From: Mytilus edulis | Taxonomy: Eukaryota | Length of the DNA stretch: 64,000 bases | Assembly: GCF_963676685.1 (NCBI RefSeq) | Contig: NC_092347.1 | Span: forward strand, 92,194,001 to 92,258,000 | Direction of reading: 5' to 3' | Shown: positions 33,746 through 55,620 of the stretch, piece after piece | Position numbering within the stretch: position 1 is the first letter of the stretch | Layout of the letters: each line of letters begins with the position of its first letter | Translations under genes and position numbers: made by a program | Notes under the pieces: generated by a model | What the model was told of the DNA's origin: nothing | Seen by the model: the letters and a program-made list of their open reading frames with translations, nothing else | Databases searched by the model: none

Positions 33746-36652
33746 CTACTGTTGAAAGGCTTTCTCCTGTTCTTTATTCCACTGCCATGGTTGTTGCTTA
33801 TGGTCTTTCTTCGGTTTCTTTCCTCTAATCTTTTTACCTGTTGTTGGCATCAAATCCGTCAAAGGACGGGCAATCTTTGAGAAGTCTTTGATGAACTTTC
33901 TGTAATAACCAACGAAGCCTAGGAATTGGCGCACTTCTTCAGGTGTTGTTGGTCTTGGCCAATTAGTGACTTTGCTGATCTTATCTGGGTCTGGCTCAAC
34001 TCCTTTCTCTGATACGATGTGACCAATGTACTTCACCTTTCGTTGAAAGAAAGAACACTTCTTTGGAGATAACTTTAAGCCAACTTCTCGGAGACGCTGG
34101 AAAACTCTCTCGAGGCGATCTAGATGTTCGTCCAAGGTTTTCGAAAAGATGATTAGATCGTCTAAGTAGATGAAACAAATTCTTGCATGTAGATCACCAA
34201 GGCATTCTTCCATCAATCGTTGATATGTAGCTGGTGAATTTGCTAACCCAAATGGCAATCGGTTGAATTCGAAGAAACCAAGTGGTCCTACTGTGAAAGC
34301 TGTTCGTTTCTTATGTTCCTCCTCTAACTCCACTTGATGATAGCCTGACTTCATATCAAGCACTGTAAATATCTTATTGCCACCTAGCGAGTCAAGGATT
34401 TCTTCAATTCTCGGAAGTGCGTAGGCATCTTTGATGGATAGATTGTTCAGTTGGCGATAATCAACGCACATGCGGAGTTTCCCATCTTTCTTCCGTACTA
34501 AGACGACGTTGGACGACCATGGTGAATGTGAACGCCTAATGATACCTGCTGACAGTAGTTGCTGAAGATGATCTCTGACTTCATCTAGCATTGACGGTGG
34601 AATTCGTCGGTGTCGTTGCTTAAATGGAGTGTTATCTGTTAAATCTATCCGGTGTTTCACTAACGACGTATAACCAATGTCTGTATCGCTCTTGGAGAAT
34701 ATATCGTTATATCGGTTTATCAATTTCTTTCCTCGTTTAAGTTCATCTGGTTTCATATCGTCTGGTATGTGTATATCCTTGAGAATATCTATCTGATTGT
34801 TGTCATCTGGTTTTACTTGTTCTGTTGTTATGGTTACTGGTTGAAGTTCACATAAAAGAGATCTAGGTGCAACGGTTACGGTTCTTGTAGAAATGTTCGA
34901 AATGTGAACTGGAATATCATCTCGTTGATTCTGGTCGTATGTGATTATAGCTTGTACAATATCTAGGTCGTAAGGTATTACTGAGTTTGAAGTTGCATGA
35001 AGCATGGAAACGGTGGATGGATACGGTAACATCTTGTCCATATAGCCTTTGATAACTACTTCTGTGTTAGGTTGTATGATAATCGGCTTTGTTTCTGCTG
35101 ATTTCACCAGTGCTAAACGGTTATGTTGTCTTTCAAGTTCTTTCTCTCTTAATGTCATACATCTGAAGGCTAAATAGTATGGTGTTATCAGAGTAGCATC
35201 TTGTAGAAAACGTGTACCATGTTCTTGTTTGATGTCTTTCATAACTTCAGATAAGATGTTTGTTCCGATAAGTAGTGGTACTTCTTGATGATATTCGCTA
35301 TCGGGTATGATGAGAAATAAACCAGGTTGTATCTTGTTATCATTTGCTCCTTGAAGTTGCAAATCAGCTTCAATGTATCCCTTGTAAGGTAAACGTTGTC
35401 CATCGGCGCATTCTATTTTCAAAAGAAAACTGAGTGACTGTAATGGTGTAGAATAAAGATGTTGATTGTAAAAACTTTCGCTTATTGTTGATACAGTTGA
35501 ACCTGTGTCGAGAAGTGCTGTTGTGTTAATTCCATTAACAGTAATAGGAACTTCATTTGATGAACCAAGTAATCCTGATATAGGTGATTTCTGTTCAGTT
35601 TGTTGTGTTGATTGTTTCATGATGAATGATTGTTGGAGGTTCAGAGCACGCTGTGTCTTTCTTGAATGATCAAGTCGTACAGTGCAGTCTATAGAGTAGT
35701 GTCCTGGCTGTCTGCATCGCCAACATGTGAAATCATTCTGTTTGCGTCTTCTATGTTGTTCTACTGGTCTATATATAGTTGTTTCATCTGGATGATATGG
35801 TGTCCATGATGTATCTCTTCGTGACCATTGAATGTTAGTAGATGGTTGGTCACAATTTCTATCTTCCTTCAAAGCCTTGACATCTTGTGAGAGTTGTTTC
35901 ACCAATGCTGTAAGTTGCTGAATTTGCCTATTTTCTACTGTTGTTGTCGTTGATTTACTCGTAGCCTGTGTAGGTGGTTTCTTTTTCAAAGATGGTTTGA
36001 GGTTATGTTGATTCTCTATTTCTCTTGTAGCTTTCAGTAATGAGTGAAAATCGGTGATGGTATCTTTCTTGTAGCGGACAATATTCTTCATCTCCGGTCT
36101 TAATCCATCAAAGAACTTTGACGTAAGCATATCGTTGATGTTTTCCTCTGTGACATTCTTTCTGTTCTTGGCTTTGCTTAGTATTTCCTCTAATCGACAA
36201 GCCCATGTTGCAACGTCTTCATCATCTTGCTGTCTAGCCGTGTAGAATTGGCCAAGTAAAGCTTCAGGCTGATCAACAGATCCGTATATACTGTCCATCT
36301 TATCAATGATGTCGTCAATGGTTGCTTCAGGACCAAGTCTCATGGGAACCTTGCTAGCATCTCCACGTAGAGAACGTCTAATAGCCATCGTGATGGTTTC
36401 ATGTGTATGTCCTGTCTTGATGAGACACTGTACCTCATATCTCCATAGGTCGTATGGTGTACCAGTCTTCACATCTCCGGAAAACGCTGATATCCGCGGT
36501 AAATAGGCATTACATAAATCATCATCAGTTTCTTTGTAATCTTCCATCCAGGTCTTAAAATCATCTGGTGTCTGAGCGCATGGTTTGAGATCCATCTCCT
36601 TGAAGGCCATAACTATGTTGCTGATCTCATCCTTAGATAGATAATCCGACAT
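33746..36652 (-). CDS. Gypsy Gag-protease-reverse transcriptase polyprotein, truncated before RNase H
   Basis: PNMA-like Gag, zinc knuckle CWRCRQPGHYSIDC, aspartic protease LLDTGS, RT motifs LRMCVDYRQLN, LPFGLANSPATYQR and YLDD. It ends in the connection domain at WNKEQEKAFQQ*. Confidence 0.93.
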   Translation of the reverse strand: MSDYLSKDEISNIVMAFKEMDLKPCAQTPDDFKTWMEDYKETDDDLCNAYLPRISAFSGDVKTGTPYDLWRYEVQCLIKTGHTHETITMAIRRSLRGDASKVPMRLGPEATIDDIIDKMDSIYGSVDQPEALLGQFYTARQQDDEDVATWACRLEEILSKAKNRKNVTEENINDMLTSKFFDGLRPEMKNIVRYKKDTITDFHSLLKATREIENQHNLKPSLKKKPPTQATSKSTTTTVENRQIQQLTALVKQLSQDVKALKEDRNCDQPSTNIQWSRRDTSWTPYHPDETTIYRPVEQHRRRKQNDFTCWRCRQPGHYSIDCTVRLDHSRKTQRALNLQQSFIMKQSTQQTEQKSPISGLLGSSNEVPITVNGINTTALLDTGSTVSTISESFYNQHLYSTPLQSLSFLLKIECADGQRLPYKGYIEADLQLQGANDNKIQPGLFLIIPDSEYHQEVPLLIGTNILSEVMKDIKQEHGTRFLQDATLITPYYLAFRCMTLREKELERQHNRLALVKSAETKPIIIQPNTEVVIKGYMDKMLPYPSTVSMLHATSNSVIPYDLDIVQAIITYDQNQRDDIPVHISNISTRTVTVAPRSLLCELQPVTITTEQVKPDDNNQIDILKDIHIPDDMKPDELKRGKKLINRYNDIFSKSDTDIGYTSLVKHRIDLTDNTPFKQRHRRIPPSMLDEVRDHLQQLLSAGIIRRSHSPWSSNVVLVRKKDGKLRMCVDYRQLNNLSIKDAYALPRIEEILDSLGGNKIFTVLDMKSGYHQVELEEEHKKRTAFTVGPLGFFEFNRLPFGLANSPATYQRLMEECLGDLHARICFIYLDDLIIFSKTLDEHLDRLERVFQRLREVGLKLSPKKCSFFQRKVKYIGHIVSEKGVEPDPDKISKVTNWPRPTTPEEVRQFLGFVGYYRKFIKDFSKIARPLTDLMPTTGKKIRGKKPKKDHKQQPWQWNKEQEKAFQQ

Positions 36653-39600
36653 GGCTGTACAAAATAATAATACCTAAACTGTAAAAATAAAATGCTGAGA
36701 TGAAATCTGAAATAAACAAAAGCTTCTGAAACAAAGAAATGTTAAGTTCCTAAAAGAAAAAAATATGTCTGAAATGAATACCAATATATACCAAAAGTTA
36801 ATGCTAAAACAAAAAAAAAATGTTAAGTACCTACAATAGAAACAAAGTATCTGAAATAAAAAAATATATGAATAATATTAATTTATCCTAAAATACAAAG
36901 AAATTATCTGGAATAAATTAAATAAACAAAAAGTTTTTAAGTACCTATAACAAAAATAAAGATTCTGAAATCAAATAGAGAAAAAAATAAGATTAAGTAC
37001 CTGAAAACTAAAAGAAAACAATAAGATTAGTATCTGCAGTCTAATGTCTAATCTACAATAAAGATAGAATTAATGCAAATCCAAATATGATACAATATAA
37101 TCTGGAAATCTCAAAGAAATATCCTGTAAAAAAAAAAAAGATTAGTAACTCTATGGTCTGAAATCAAAATTATGATTAAGTATCAACAAACTCGACAACA
37201 GTGCCTAAATAAATATAGAGTGATATAATACTGGACTGAAATGACCAACTCCTCTGAAATAAACAGACTAGATGGTAAATGCAACTCTGCAATGGTAAAT
37301 CAATATACTGAAATCAAAATTCTGATTACTATATGTATACACAAAAATGGATCTGAGAAAACACTATATATAAGTATAATGTACACAGTGGCTAACAATA
37401 CCTCACAACTGAAAAGCAATGAGTATGTATAATAAAAACAAATATGAATAGTATCAATATACACGTACGTACCTTTTTTAAAGTTCCTACCCAGCTATGT
37501 CTCTGCAAATCACACACACCTAATACTCACCAAAATGTGTGCAATTTATTCCTTACTGAGTATGACTAGCTGCTACATATAATCAAAATATATGTAACTA
37601 TATAGGGGAATATATATAATACAATGTAATGTAAAGTAGAAACTGGTACTGCTGCTGCTGTAAATAATATCAATATATCATCAATGAAATCGCTGAAAGT
37701 CCTGAAACTTAAAATGTATTAAAGAATCAGTCAGTCAACAACAAGAACCGAAGCAACAGATCTACCTATACAACACAATGTAGACACCTATCAAGTACCT
37801 CAATAACCAGAACCTTATCAATCAAACAACACGTATACTTACTTAACTATGTATACTTCTAGTTCTTCAATGAGCTTTATACCTACTTCTTCAAATGTAC
37901 AAATTACTCCAGTCGGTTTCTTTCTGTACTTATATTCCTCACTTACCCTCAAATTTTTTGTAGGTGAATATCTACGACAGCAAAGTTCTGTGGAACTTTA
38001 CGAGTAAAAGAGTATTTGTCGTGTCTCTAGTCTTTGCAATAATCCTAACTGACAGATGTGGGGATTGGGCAGTTATGAATCTATTTAATATGTACAGAAT
38101 AATATGCAAATATCAACACAATATATATGTATTTACAAAGTCAAATATAATATATCAATTACAAACAGTAGCAACTGTTTATTCTTCTACCTATGTGTCA
38201 CACTTTAAATTCTAATGTAAATTAACTAACTGTAAAAGAGTTCGAAAGCTAATTATATAATCAAATTCTGAATGAAAGTTTAAAGTAATTTCAACAAAAA
38301 TTTACAACAAAAATTTAAATCCAAATACAGCTAATATGTCTGAAATAATTTCAAATAATTTCCGAAAAAAAATCAAAGAAATTTATTTAAAAAAAAAATT
38401 AAGTGACACAACAAAATGTGTATTACAAGTCAAGTACAAATAAACAAATACATTCAATGTCAATCAACTAATGAGTATATATCAAAAGTTTTACTAAATG
38501 ATGTTTATTTATAAAGTCAAAACACACACAGTGTATAAATACAACTCAGTTTAATAGTAACATCTATAGTCAATCGGTAATCTCTGAAGTGTATCGACAT
38601 CTACGGGTATCGTGTATTGCCAAAATACGATCAATTCTTCATAATCTACATTATCCACCAAAAACGTCTGATCTACCAGAAAAACTACGTTGGGCGCCAT
38701 TGTGATAGTCGTGTTTTACGGGGGTTCCATAAACGACAAGTCTAGGGTTCTTTGACATCACTTTATTAAGTTAACATAGGAATAAATAAATAACCCTGCA
38801 ATAACAACAGCATATAGTTATTACAATTATCAATATCACAGTCTTATCAAAGTCTTATACTATAAACATATAAATATTATACTGGCGTAATAACAATGTT
38901 ACAAGATCGCATATAATATTCTATTCCGTATACAATAATCTATACTGAGTATCAAGAATGCGGTGACATTCACAATATGCAATACACTCGCAATTATATC
39001 TTTCTAAATACAAATGCATGCTTTTGATAAGTCGTATCAAATAGTATATCATTATAATCAACCAAGCGTATTATAAACAAGTCGAATGTACTGTACTTCA
39101 TAAACGAGTGTCATTCATAAAACCTTTAACATACAAAGGTTATTATCTGTTCACTATAGTATTCTTTTAATTTCGTATGCACTACTGTAATGTATAATAT
39201 CTATGTAGGTACAATATAATATAATATGACCCTTACCAATCTGTGGAACCAGGTTATATATCTAACATCTACAGTACAACCAGTATGTTACAGGGACATC
39301 ATAATCTATGTGTCCTGAAAATAATACACAATAGTAAATACTAGGATCTAGGAAAATAGTGATCCCTTACATAAAATACAGCATATTAAAGACTGATATA
39401 ATAAAATCAAGCTATTACACAGAATAACCATATATGACAATATGAATGCAATTGTCAATGTGACGTCATAGATCCATAACCGAAAGGTCAAGGTCACTTT
39501 CAAAATCATTCATAAATCTCCCTTTCTACATTCAAACTACAGATTCAAATCATATATTCTCAGATTAATACATCAACTATCTTACTCCTATCATATCTAA

Positions 39601-40495
39601 GGTCTATGGGCATACTTACCTATAAACGGGCAGAATTGTATAGCATGCACTGCATACGCCTTTCATACACCACAAAGAATATAAAATCTACTTACCAGAT
39701 ATAAAGAATGTAATTTCCAATAACTACAGTTGTTCCAAAGTATGGAAACTTCAGTGAATAATAACGAGCACTGAATATAATGTTTCTATATAAGTTTTAT
39801 CACTATATACGGTTTAAACAATAAGTATATATTAAATTTGTATGTCTCCAATTTTCAAGAGTTAACCACCATTACTTTATTTCCAAAATCTGAGGTGTGT
39901 CCAGAATGACCAATAAGAACTGACCATAAAGGTAAACAAGGTGTGACAATTAATTTACTAATGAGTTGGACAGGTAGATACTATTACAACTATGCCCAAT
40001 GAAGTATGACTGACTAGAACTTTCATACATTTTAAAGTGTGAAGAGATAATGAACTATAAATCAAAAGATCAAATAATCAAAGTGAAGTAATTAAGTCTA
40101 ATATCTGGCATATCATAAAATGTAAAATACTAATAAATGAAATGCGTAAAAATATACTCTGTCACAATTATTCAAAATTTAGGTTTATCATATTAGTCAA
40201 AAAATATATGTAGGACATTCGTTCTGAATATACATGAAATATTTGCCACTGGACTTTAATTAAGCAAACCAACTGTAGGACATAGTCTTGATTAGCTGAC
40301 ATTTAAGGTAGCGCCTTCCTCATACTATTATCATTTATACATTTCTCGTTTTTGCTATTTATTTTGCCACTGACAACGGGTAAAAAAGACAGCATGATTT
40401 TAAAAAAAATTATCAGTGTTGCGACATTACAATAGAAATCTACACTTTACACTAGTTTAAATACGAAACTAAACTTACAGCTCTGTATTTCAAAG

Positions 40496-48746
<8,251 letters not shown>

Positions 48747-51374
48747 TCACATTGTAAGATTTTGTTTACAACAAATTATATCTAGGCCATTCCACTGATA
48801 ACAAACATGTATTAATTGTATAGTGTAAAAAAAAAAATTTGATTCACCTGTGACAAATGCTGCATAATCAGTCAGCAGTATAAACTATCTGTATAACATT
48901 TTATATTATGGAAGATAAAAAAGCTAGATGATTCATATCTTTTATATCACATTTTCCATTCAGTTACTATGAAATGACAATTTTTAGAAGAAATAATTTG
49001 CACAGTATACATGTTAAGTGAGCAAGACAGTTTATGTTTACTCTTGTTTGATATCTCAACCCCTCTGTCTTTTAAACTTGATCTGTGAACTGACATAAAG
49101 AAAATACAATAAAAATCATGACACAAAAATACATTCTTACACAATTCAAGGTATCTTGAACTACTTTTCTTGGTTCAGTAATCAATGTTTTAAATTAAAA
49201 CCAGTGCAAGCCCTGCATCTCAAGGAATTTCATCATATAATTTATCTATTTTTTTGGGGAAGGCAGGTAAAAAGACATTTCAGTGTTTTCATGTTCATAA
49301 AAAATGGTATATAAATGTGAAAGCTTAAGTTTACATTATTTACAAGATAATTCTTTCAAAATTGAAAGTTTCATGAAAAGCTGTGCAAAATGACTTCATT
49401 CTATAATTAAAATTAGTTGAGAATTAATTATTGTGTTCTTATTACTTGATTGATGTATGGACATTAATTCAGTGTGATGAAATGTTTGAACAAATATTTT
49501 TGTTTGTTTTTCAGATACATCAGAAACAGAAAATGAACACGATGAAAATAACATAGTGACCTTTTTAAGTGCTATTAGACTTTAACATATGTTTATTTAC
49601 AACATGAATGTTCATAAATACTACATTAAATTTTGTTTTGTAAATCTTTGATTATGTTGATGATATTGCTTATTATACCCTCAGTTCAATTTTGAACTGA
49701 AGATAAATTGTTTCAAACTTTCTGTCTGTCATGCTTTCCAGTGTTCTTGATTTTATTTTAAGGCTGCAGTGACAGCTTTGAAAATGTTTTTTTTTGTCAT
49801 GTCAATTTCTCTCAGTGTAACAAGATGACCACTGACTGAGAGTGAAGTTTGTATGGTATTCACACACAAGTAAACCAACAAACAAACCAAATCAACAGAC
49901 ACAAGAAACTATTAAAAATATATTTCATATTGAAATTGATACAGCAAAAGTACATATTTCTATATAAATGCAAACATTAGAAAAATACTAGTATTATATT
50001 TAAGTTTGCACAAGACAGTTGTTTTAAATATTAATTTTGTTCAAACTTGTTTTAAAAAGTATCGCTACTGAAAATTATTAATTGCTTACCTTAATATTCA
50101 AAACTATTAGTGGACTAAAACATTGCCTGATAGTGATGTTCCATTATAAGGTGTAACATCTTATTCCACCTTATGTAATAATGCTGTATTTTAATTGGAT
50201 GAGAGACATGGTATTTTTTACCAATTTCTATGTACCGGTATTGAGATTTTCTTTTCTCTGCCCGGGTATTTGTCATTAGGGAATTTCATGTGCCGGGTTA
50301 TTTGCTAGCAAATAAAACAGAAAGTCCCCAATCAAATGGCAGAATCAAAAGCTCAAACACATCAAATCGGAATTGATAACAACTGGCATATTCCTGACTT
50401 GGTACAGGCATATATATTCTTATGTAGAAAATAGTGGATTGAACCTGGTTTTATAGCTAGAAGTGTACACCGATCTCGGGGAACACTTGCAAATAATATC
50501 GGTTAAATGCTCAGCCTTTTCTATGTCTGTTTCTGCAACTTATCATAGTCACCACCATACTTGAAGAATATTAAAAAACTGGTGTATCCAGGTTTAAAAT
50601 CTTTATAGAAAGCAAAGAAATGTTTTATTTAACAAAAGGTGGTAAACAAAGGCAATAGTAGTATACATCTCTTCAATAGTCATAAACCGATTTAACGGAA
50701 ACAAATCTGGGTCACAAACCAAAACTGAGGGAAGCACATCAATAATAAGAGGGAAAAAAACAATCGAAACATTGAACTGCTACAAAAACCAACACACCAA
50801 CATAAATAGAAACAGACTATTTGATAACAACTGCCATATTCCTGACTTAATACTGGACATTTTAAGAAAAAAGTAAACCTAGTTTTATAGCTAGCCAAAC
50901 CTGCTTATGTGACAATGGTAAAACTACTGCTAAAATGATAACATTATAGGCTGTGACTATTATTCTAATATTACGGTATAATAGTCTCAGTTATTTTTTT
51001 TTATCTTTTATTTGTTTTTCAATAGTCAGGATTTTACACACCCCATTACACTACCACCTGACAATGGTATCAAGGGGTAAATACAGAATATATAAGAAAA
51101 AAATATAGCAATATATACAAAAAGAATCTCTGACTAATTAATTTTTAACAATAAAAATATTTTAGGTTACATATAAATTGTATTTGATTTTTCTCTCCTC
51201 TCTCTCTCTCTGACTTACTCACATACAACACTAAATACTTTCACTCATCTGTTTTGTTACAATATGTATCATGACTTACTTTTTAATACAATTTTTTTAA
51301 AGAAATAAATTTGCTCATAATTTATAAATTATTTCTTTTCTCTAAACTAAACATAGATAATATGAAAACAACAC

Positions 51375-54300
51375 TTAGTTAAATATTACATGTAAAGGAG
51401 ACCAAAATTTTTCACAGACTTGGACTTTATCATTTTTCTTTGCAATATGATTTTCAAGAAATTGGTATTTCTTTATTTTATTCTTTAACTCGATCATATT
51501 TGGTTTTGTTTCATTTAATTTACATTTATATATATAATTCTTTGTAATTATGATTAGCAGATTCAATAATAAACTTTCATGTTTGCAACCCAGAAACACA
51601 TTCTCTTTGTTGAGATCAAAATTTACAAAAAAAAGTTTCACAATATTGAAAAAAGACTGCCACAATTGAAAAGTTATTGGGCATTCAAAAAACAGGTGTT
51701 CAATGGTTTCTTCTCCAAGTTTACAAAAAGTGCATAACTTGGTATCTTTTAATTTGATTTTGTACAAAAAGGTATTCGTTGCTATAATTCTATGCAAAAA
51801 TTTATATTGAAAGGTTCTTAAATAAGCATCTCTACAAGACTTTTTTGTTATCATGAAATACTCTGACCATTCTGTAGTATCAATAACTAACAGCTCTGCC
51901 CATTTCAAAAATTTAATTGTTGGTAGTTGAATAACTTCATCTACTAAGTTTTTGTATACAAATTTGGCTTTCACATTACACCTGATTTTTTTTAAGAAAG
52001 TATCACCAGTGTTAGACTTATCTAAATCTTGATTTAGACAGTTATCTTTAAGGCATTTTTTCATAGCTTTAGGGATTTTTGATATCAAACCATAATATTT
52101 AATAAAATTGTTGGTTTGTACTTTTTCTTGAAATTGCTCAAATTTATAAAAAATCATATTTTCACGATTAATAAGGTCACTTACTGACTGCACACCCCCC
52201 TTTTCCCATTGAATGTAATATGGGAAATCATCCAAAGAAGAAAAGTTCAAAATATCTAAGGATAAAATGTCACTGACAGAAATCTCAGTAATAGGTTTTG
52301 CAGCGGAAAAGCATAGTAAAACATCCTTCCAGAAAGAATTTTTACATCTTTTAGCAATCTCAATCAGCTTTTCTTTCTGAAGATTTAAAACCCTTTCACC
52401 CCCATACTTCATAAGGTCTGCCAGTAACAACTGCTGCCAGCCACCGCTAGGGTTTGCCAGCAGTCTTTTTATCCAACTAATTTTCAAATAGATATTAAAT
52501 GAATGAAGATGTACCATATTAAGTCCACCTTGTGAAATATTACCAACAAGTGTGTTTCGCTTAATTCTGTCTGGTTTTCCATTCCATATGAAATCATAAA
52601 ATAATGAAGTGAGCTCTGTTAACCTGGAGTGTGATAGGTTTGGTAATGCAGTCAATAAATGGACCAACTTTGAAAGAGCAAGTGATTTAATTACTGTAAT
52701 TTTTCCTAATAATGTGAGTTTTCGATGTTGCCAGCTCTTCAAAATTGCAGAGACCTCTTTAATTTTCTTAGCAAAATTAATTTCTGTGATACAGCTTAAA
52801 TCTAAAGAAAATTCAATCCCCAAAAGTTTAAAATTTGAATGTGACCAATGAAGTTTTAAGTCTGGACATAAAATAAGATCAGAATATTTTTTACTTCCAA
52901 CCCATAGTGCTTTTGTCTTTGAAGCATTTATTTTCAAACCTGAAATTTTATAAAAAGATTCAAAACATGAAAGTGTTTCCCTCAACGATATTTCCCTTCC
53001 ATCTAACATAAGGAATGTGTCATCTGCGTACATGCTTAAAAGTGATTCATCATCATTGATAGTAATTCCCCTTATGTCAGGATTACCTTTTAATTTCAAA
53101 GATAATAATTCAACCCCAATTATAAATAAATAGGGAGATAGAGGATCTCCTTGTCTGCAACCTCTTTCTAAATGAAAAAACTTAGACATGTGTCCATTAT
53201 TTATAACACAACTTGATGCCCCTGAGTATAAAGTTTCAAACCATCTACATAAAGAAGGCCCAAAATTAAAGCTTTTCAAAGTATTTTTTAAAAATAACCA
53301 TTCCAAGGAATCAAATGCCTTTTCAAAATCAACAAGTAATAAAAGACCTGTCTTATTATTTTCCTCAAGATAGTGCATCAAATCATATAAAAGGCGTGTG
53401 TTCTCACCCATAAATCTGTCTTTAATAAAACCTTTTTGTGTGTCACTTATGATAAATGGTAAAATGGGTTTAAGTCTATTAGCTATAACAGCAGAAGCTA
53501 TTTTCATATCAGTATTCAAAAGACTAATAGGACGCCAGTTACTAATATACTGTCTGTCTTTTCCCTCTTTAGGAATGCAAGTTATTATACTTTGATACTG
53601 AAAATCAGAAAATTTACCCCCCGCATATCCAAAGTGAAGAGATCGAAAGACAAAAGGGCCAATATCTTTCCAAAAAAATTTATAAAAATCTACAGAATAC
53701 CCATCAGAACCAGGACTTTTACCATTTGTCATAAATTTTAAAGATTCAGCACATTCTTTAAAAGTTAAATTTCCTTCACAAAGATCACTTTGTTCTTCTG
53801 TAAGCTTAATGTTATGATTAAAAAATGATGTATCATTGCAATCTAATTTTTTGCTTGAATAAAAATTTTGTTGTTCCATCAGAATTTGTGATTGCTCTGA
53901 AATATGCTGACCTTTATCATCAATAAGTTCTGTTATGGTTTTCTTAATAAAATTTTTCTTTTCTAATTTACAAAAATAATTTGTACACTTTTCACCATTC
54001 TCATGCCAGTTAGCTCGGGATCTAAGCAGCAAGCCTTCAACTTTCTTTTGTCTACAATTTTCTAGTTCAAGTTTTTTTTCAAATAAAGATTTTTGAACCT
54101 CATCATTTGGAGAATGATTCATAATACTTTCAAAATTTAAAATATCATTTTCAAGTTTGAGAGTGACATTTTTTTCCTCTCTGGATTTATTAATGCTGTA
54201 ATTTATTGACAAGGATCTAATCTTCATTTTTAATATTTCAAAAAATGTTTGATCATTACATGACAACTCAACAGAAAGAAGATTTTCCATATCACCTGAC

Positions 54301-55135
54301 AGATGGTATTCCAAAATAGTATCATTAATACATGATTTAACCATTTTTATATAATCTGCATCTCTAAGTAACTGAGAGTTAAATTTCCAATAACTTTTGC
54401 CCCGTTTCTCTAAACAAGCTGAGAAGGTGAAAAGAATTGCCGAATGGTCTGTTCTATAACCAGGAATGATAATGGTATTCTTCATAAGTGGAAAAAGGTC
54501 TTCTGAAATTAAAAAATAATCAAGGCGACTTTGTTTTATTGGTGAGGACTGACGCCAGGTATATTTCCTATCTTCTGGATAGCATGTACGCCAAGGATCA
54601 AGTAGTTCAAAAACATCAATGATTTCATCAATTTTTTACGGGAGTTAGGGTTTCTATTATGTTTGATATTATATGTATCCATAAATTTATCTAATACAAC
54701 ATTCCAGTCACCACATAGTAAAACACTGGTGTTTTTAAAGATTAAAATATTCTGCATTATTGTGTCAAAGAATGAAGGTTCATCTGTATTATAACCATAC
54801 AAACATGCAAGACTTAATCTTTGTGAAAAAATTGTTATATCTAAAATAATGTAACGACCATTATCATCAATAATAGAATTATGCACAACAAAATCCAGAC
54901 CCTTTTTAAACATAACAGAGACACCTGCACTTTTACTGTCTTTATGACTGAAAAAGCACTTATTTCCCCATTCATCCTCCCAGTATTTTTCAATGTCTTT
55001 ATTGCTATGAGTTTCCTGAAAACACACTATGGAAGTATTTTTACTCCTAGCCCAATCAAAAACATCTGCCCTCTTTTTGGAGTTTGAAAAAAGACCCCTC
55101 ACATTCATTGATAATATCGTTACATTATTATCCAT
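51375..55135 (-). CDS. LINE ORF2 (APE endonuclease + reverse transcriptase + C-terminal zinc finger) split by one frameshift at about 54632-54637
   Basis: SMNVRGL, FQETH, CGDWN, SRLDYFL and TDHSA (endonuclease), GKSPGSDG, NWRPISLLN, DFEKAFD, RGCRQGDPLSP and YADD (RT), CTFC...HLFFEC. Adding one A to the A6 run joins ORFs 54536-55135 and 51375-54485 into about 1253 aa. Confidence 0.9.
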
Positions 55136-55620
55136 GATTATATCTGAAGGGATGATTTATAAAACATATAAGCAAGTTCATAAGTACAAATATACAATTG
55201 TAACACATAAGACATACACAAACATACACACATACAAACATAAGATGTCGCATATTATTTTCTTCATTCAACATAGAATGTATAAACTAATTTACAGTAT
55301 GGCATTATATAGTTATGAATAAATCTAGCAAAGGAATAGATGTTTTAAGGGGAGATAAGATTATATTAATTTCATAATAAATGTTAGAGTTATTTCCCCT
55401 ATACTCTATAGTGACAGTATAATTTATATTAATAAAAAAAAATAATAAAAAAATCTCTTATACTATTTACTATATATGTATCCAGGATTTTGTAATTTGG
55501 AGTTGACATGACACACTTCAGTATTTATCTTTCACATTTATATCTATCTATTTATACTGATAAAAACTGTACATTTTCCAAAAAATATTAACAAGTGTAA
55601 CAGACTTATATGAAAACTAA

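Larger units (their letters stand above)
31100..40166 (-). mobile_element. Ty3/Gypsy LTR retrotransposon, young and internally deleted (non-autonomous)
   Basis: 1466-bp LTRs at 31100-32565 and 38701-40166 (TG...CA, only 3 mismatches noticed) with a 4-bp TSD ATTA. PBS TGGCGCCCAACGT (38687-38699, tRNA-Lys type) and PPT AGGGGGAGAA (32566-32575). Confidence 0.97.
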
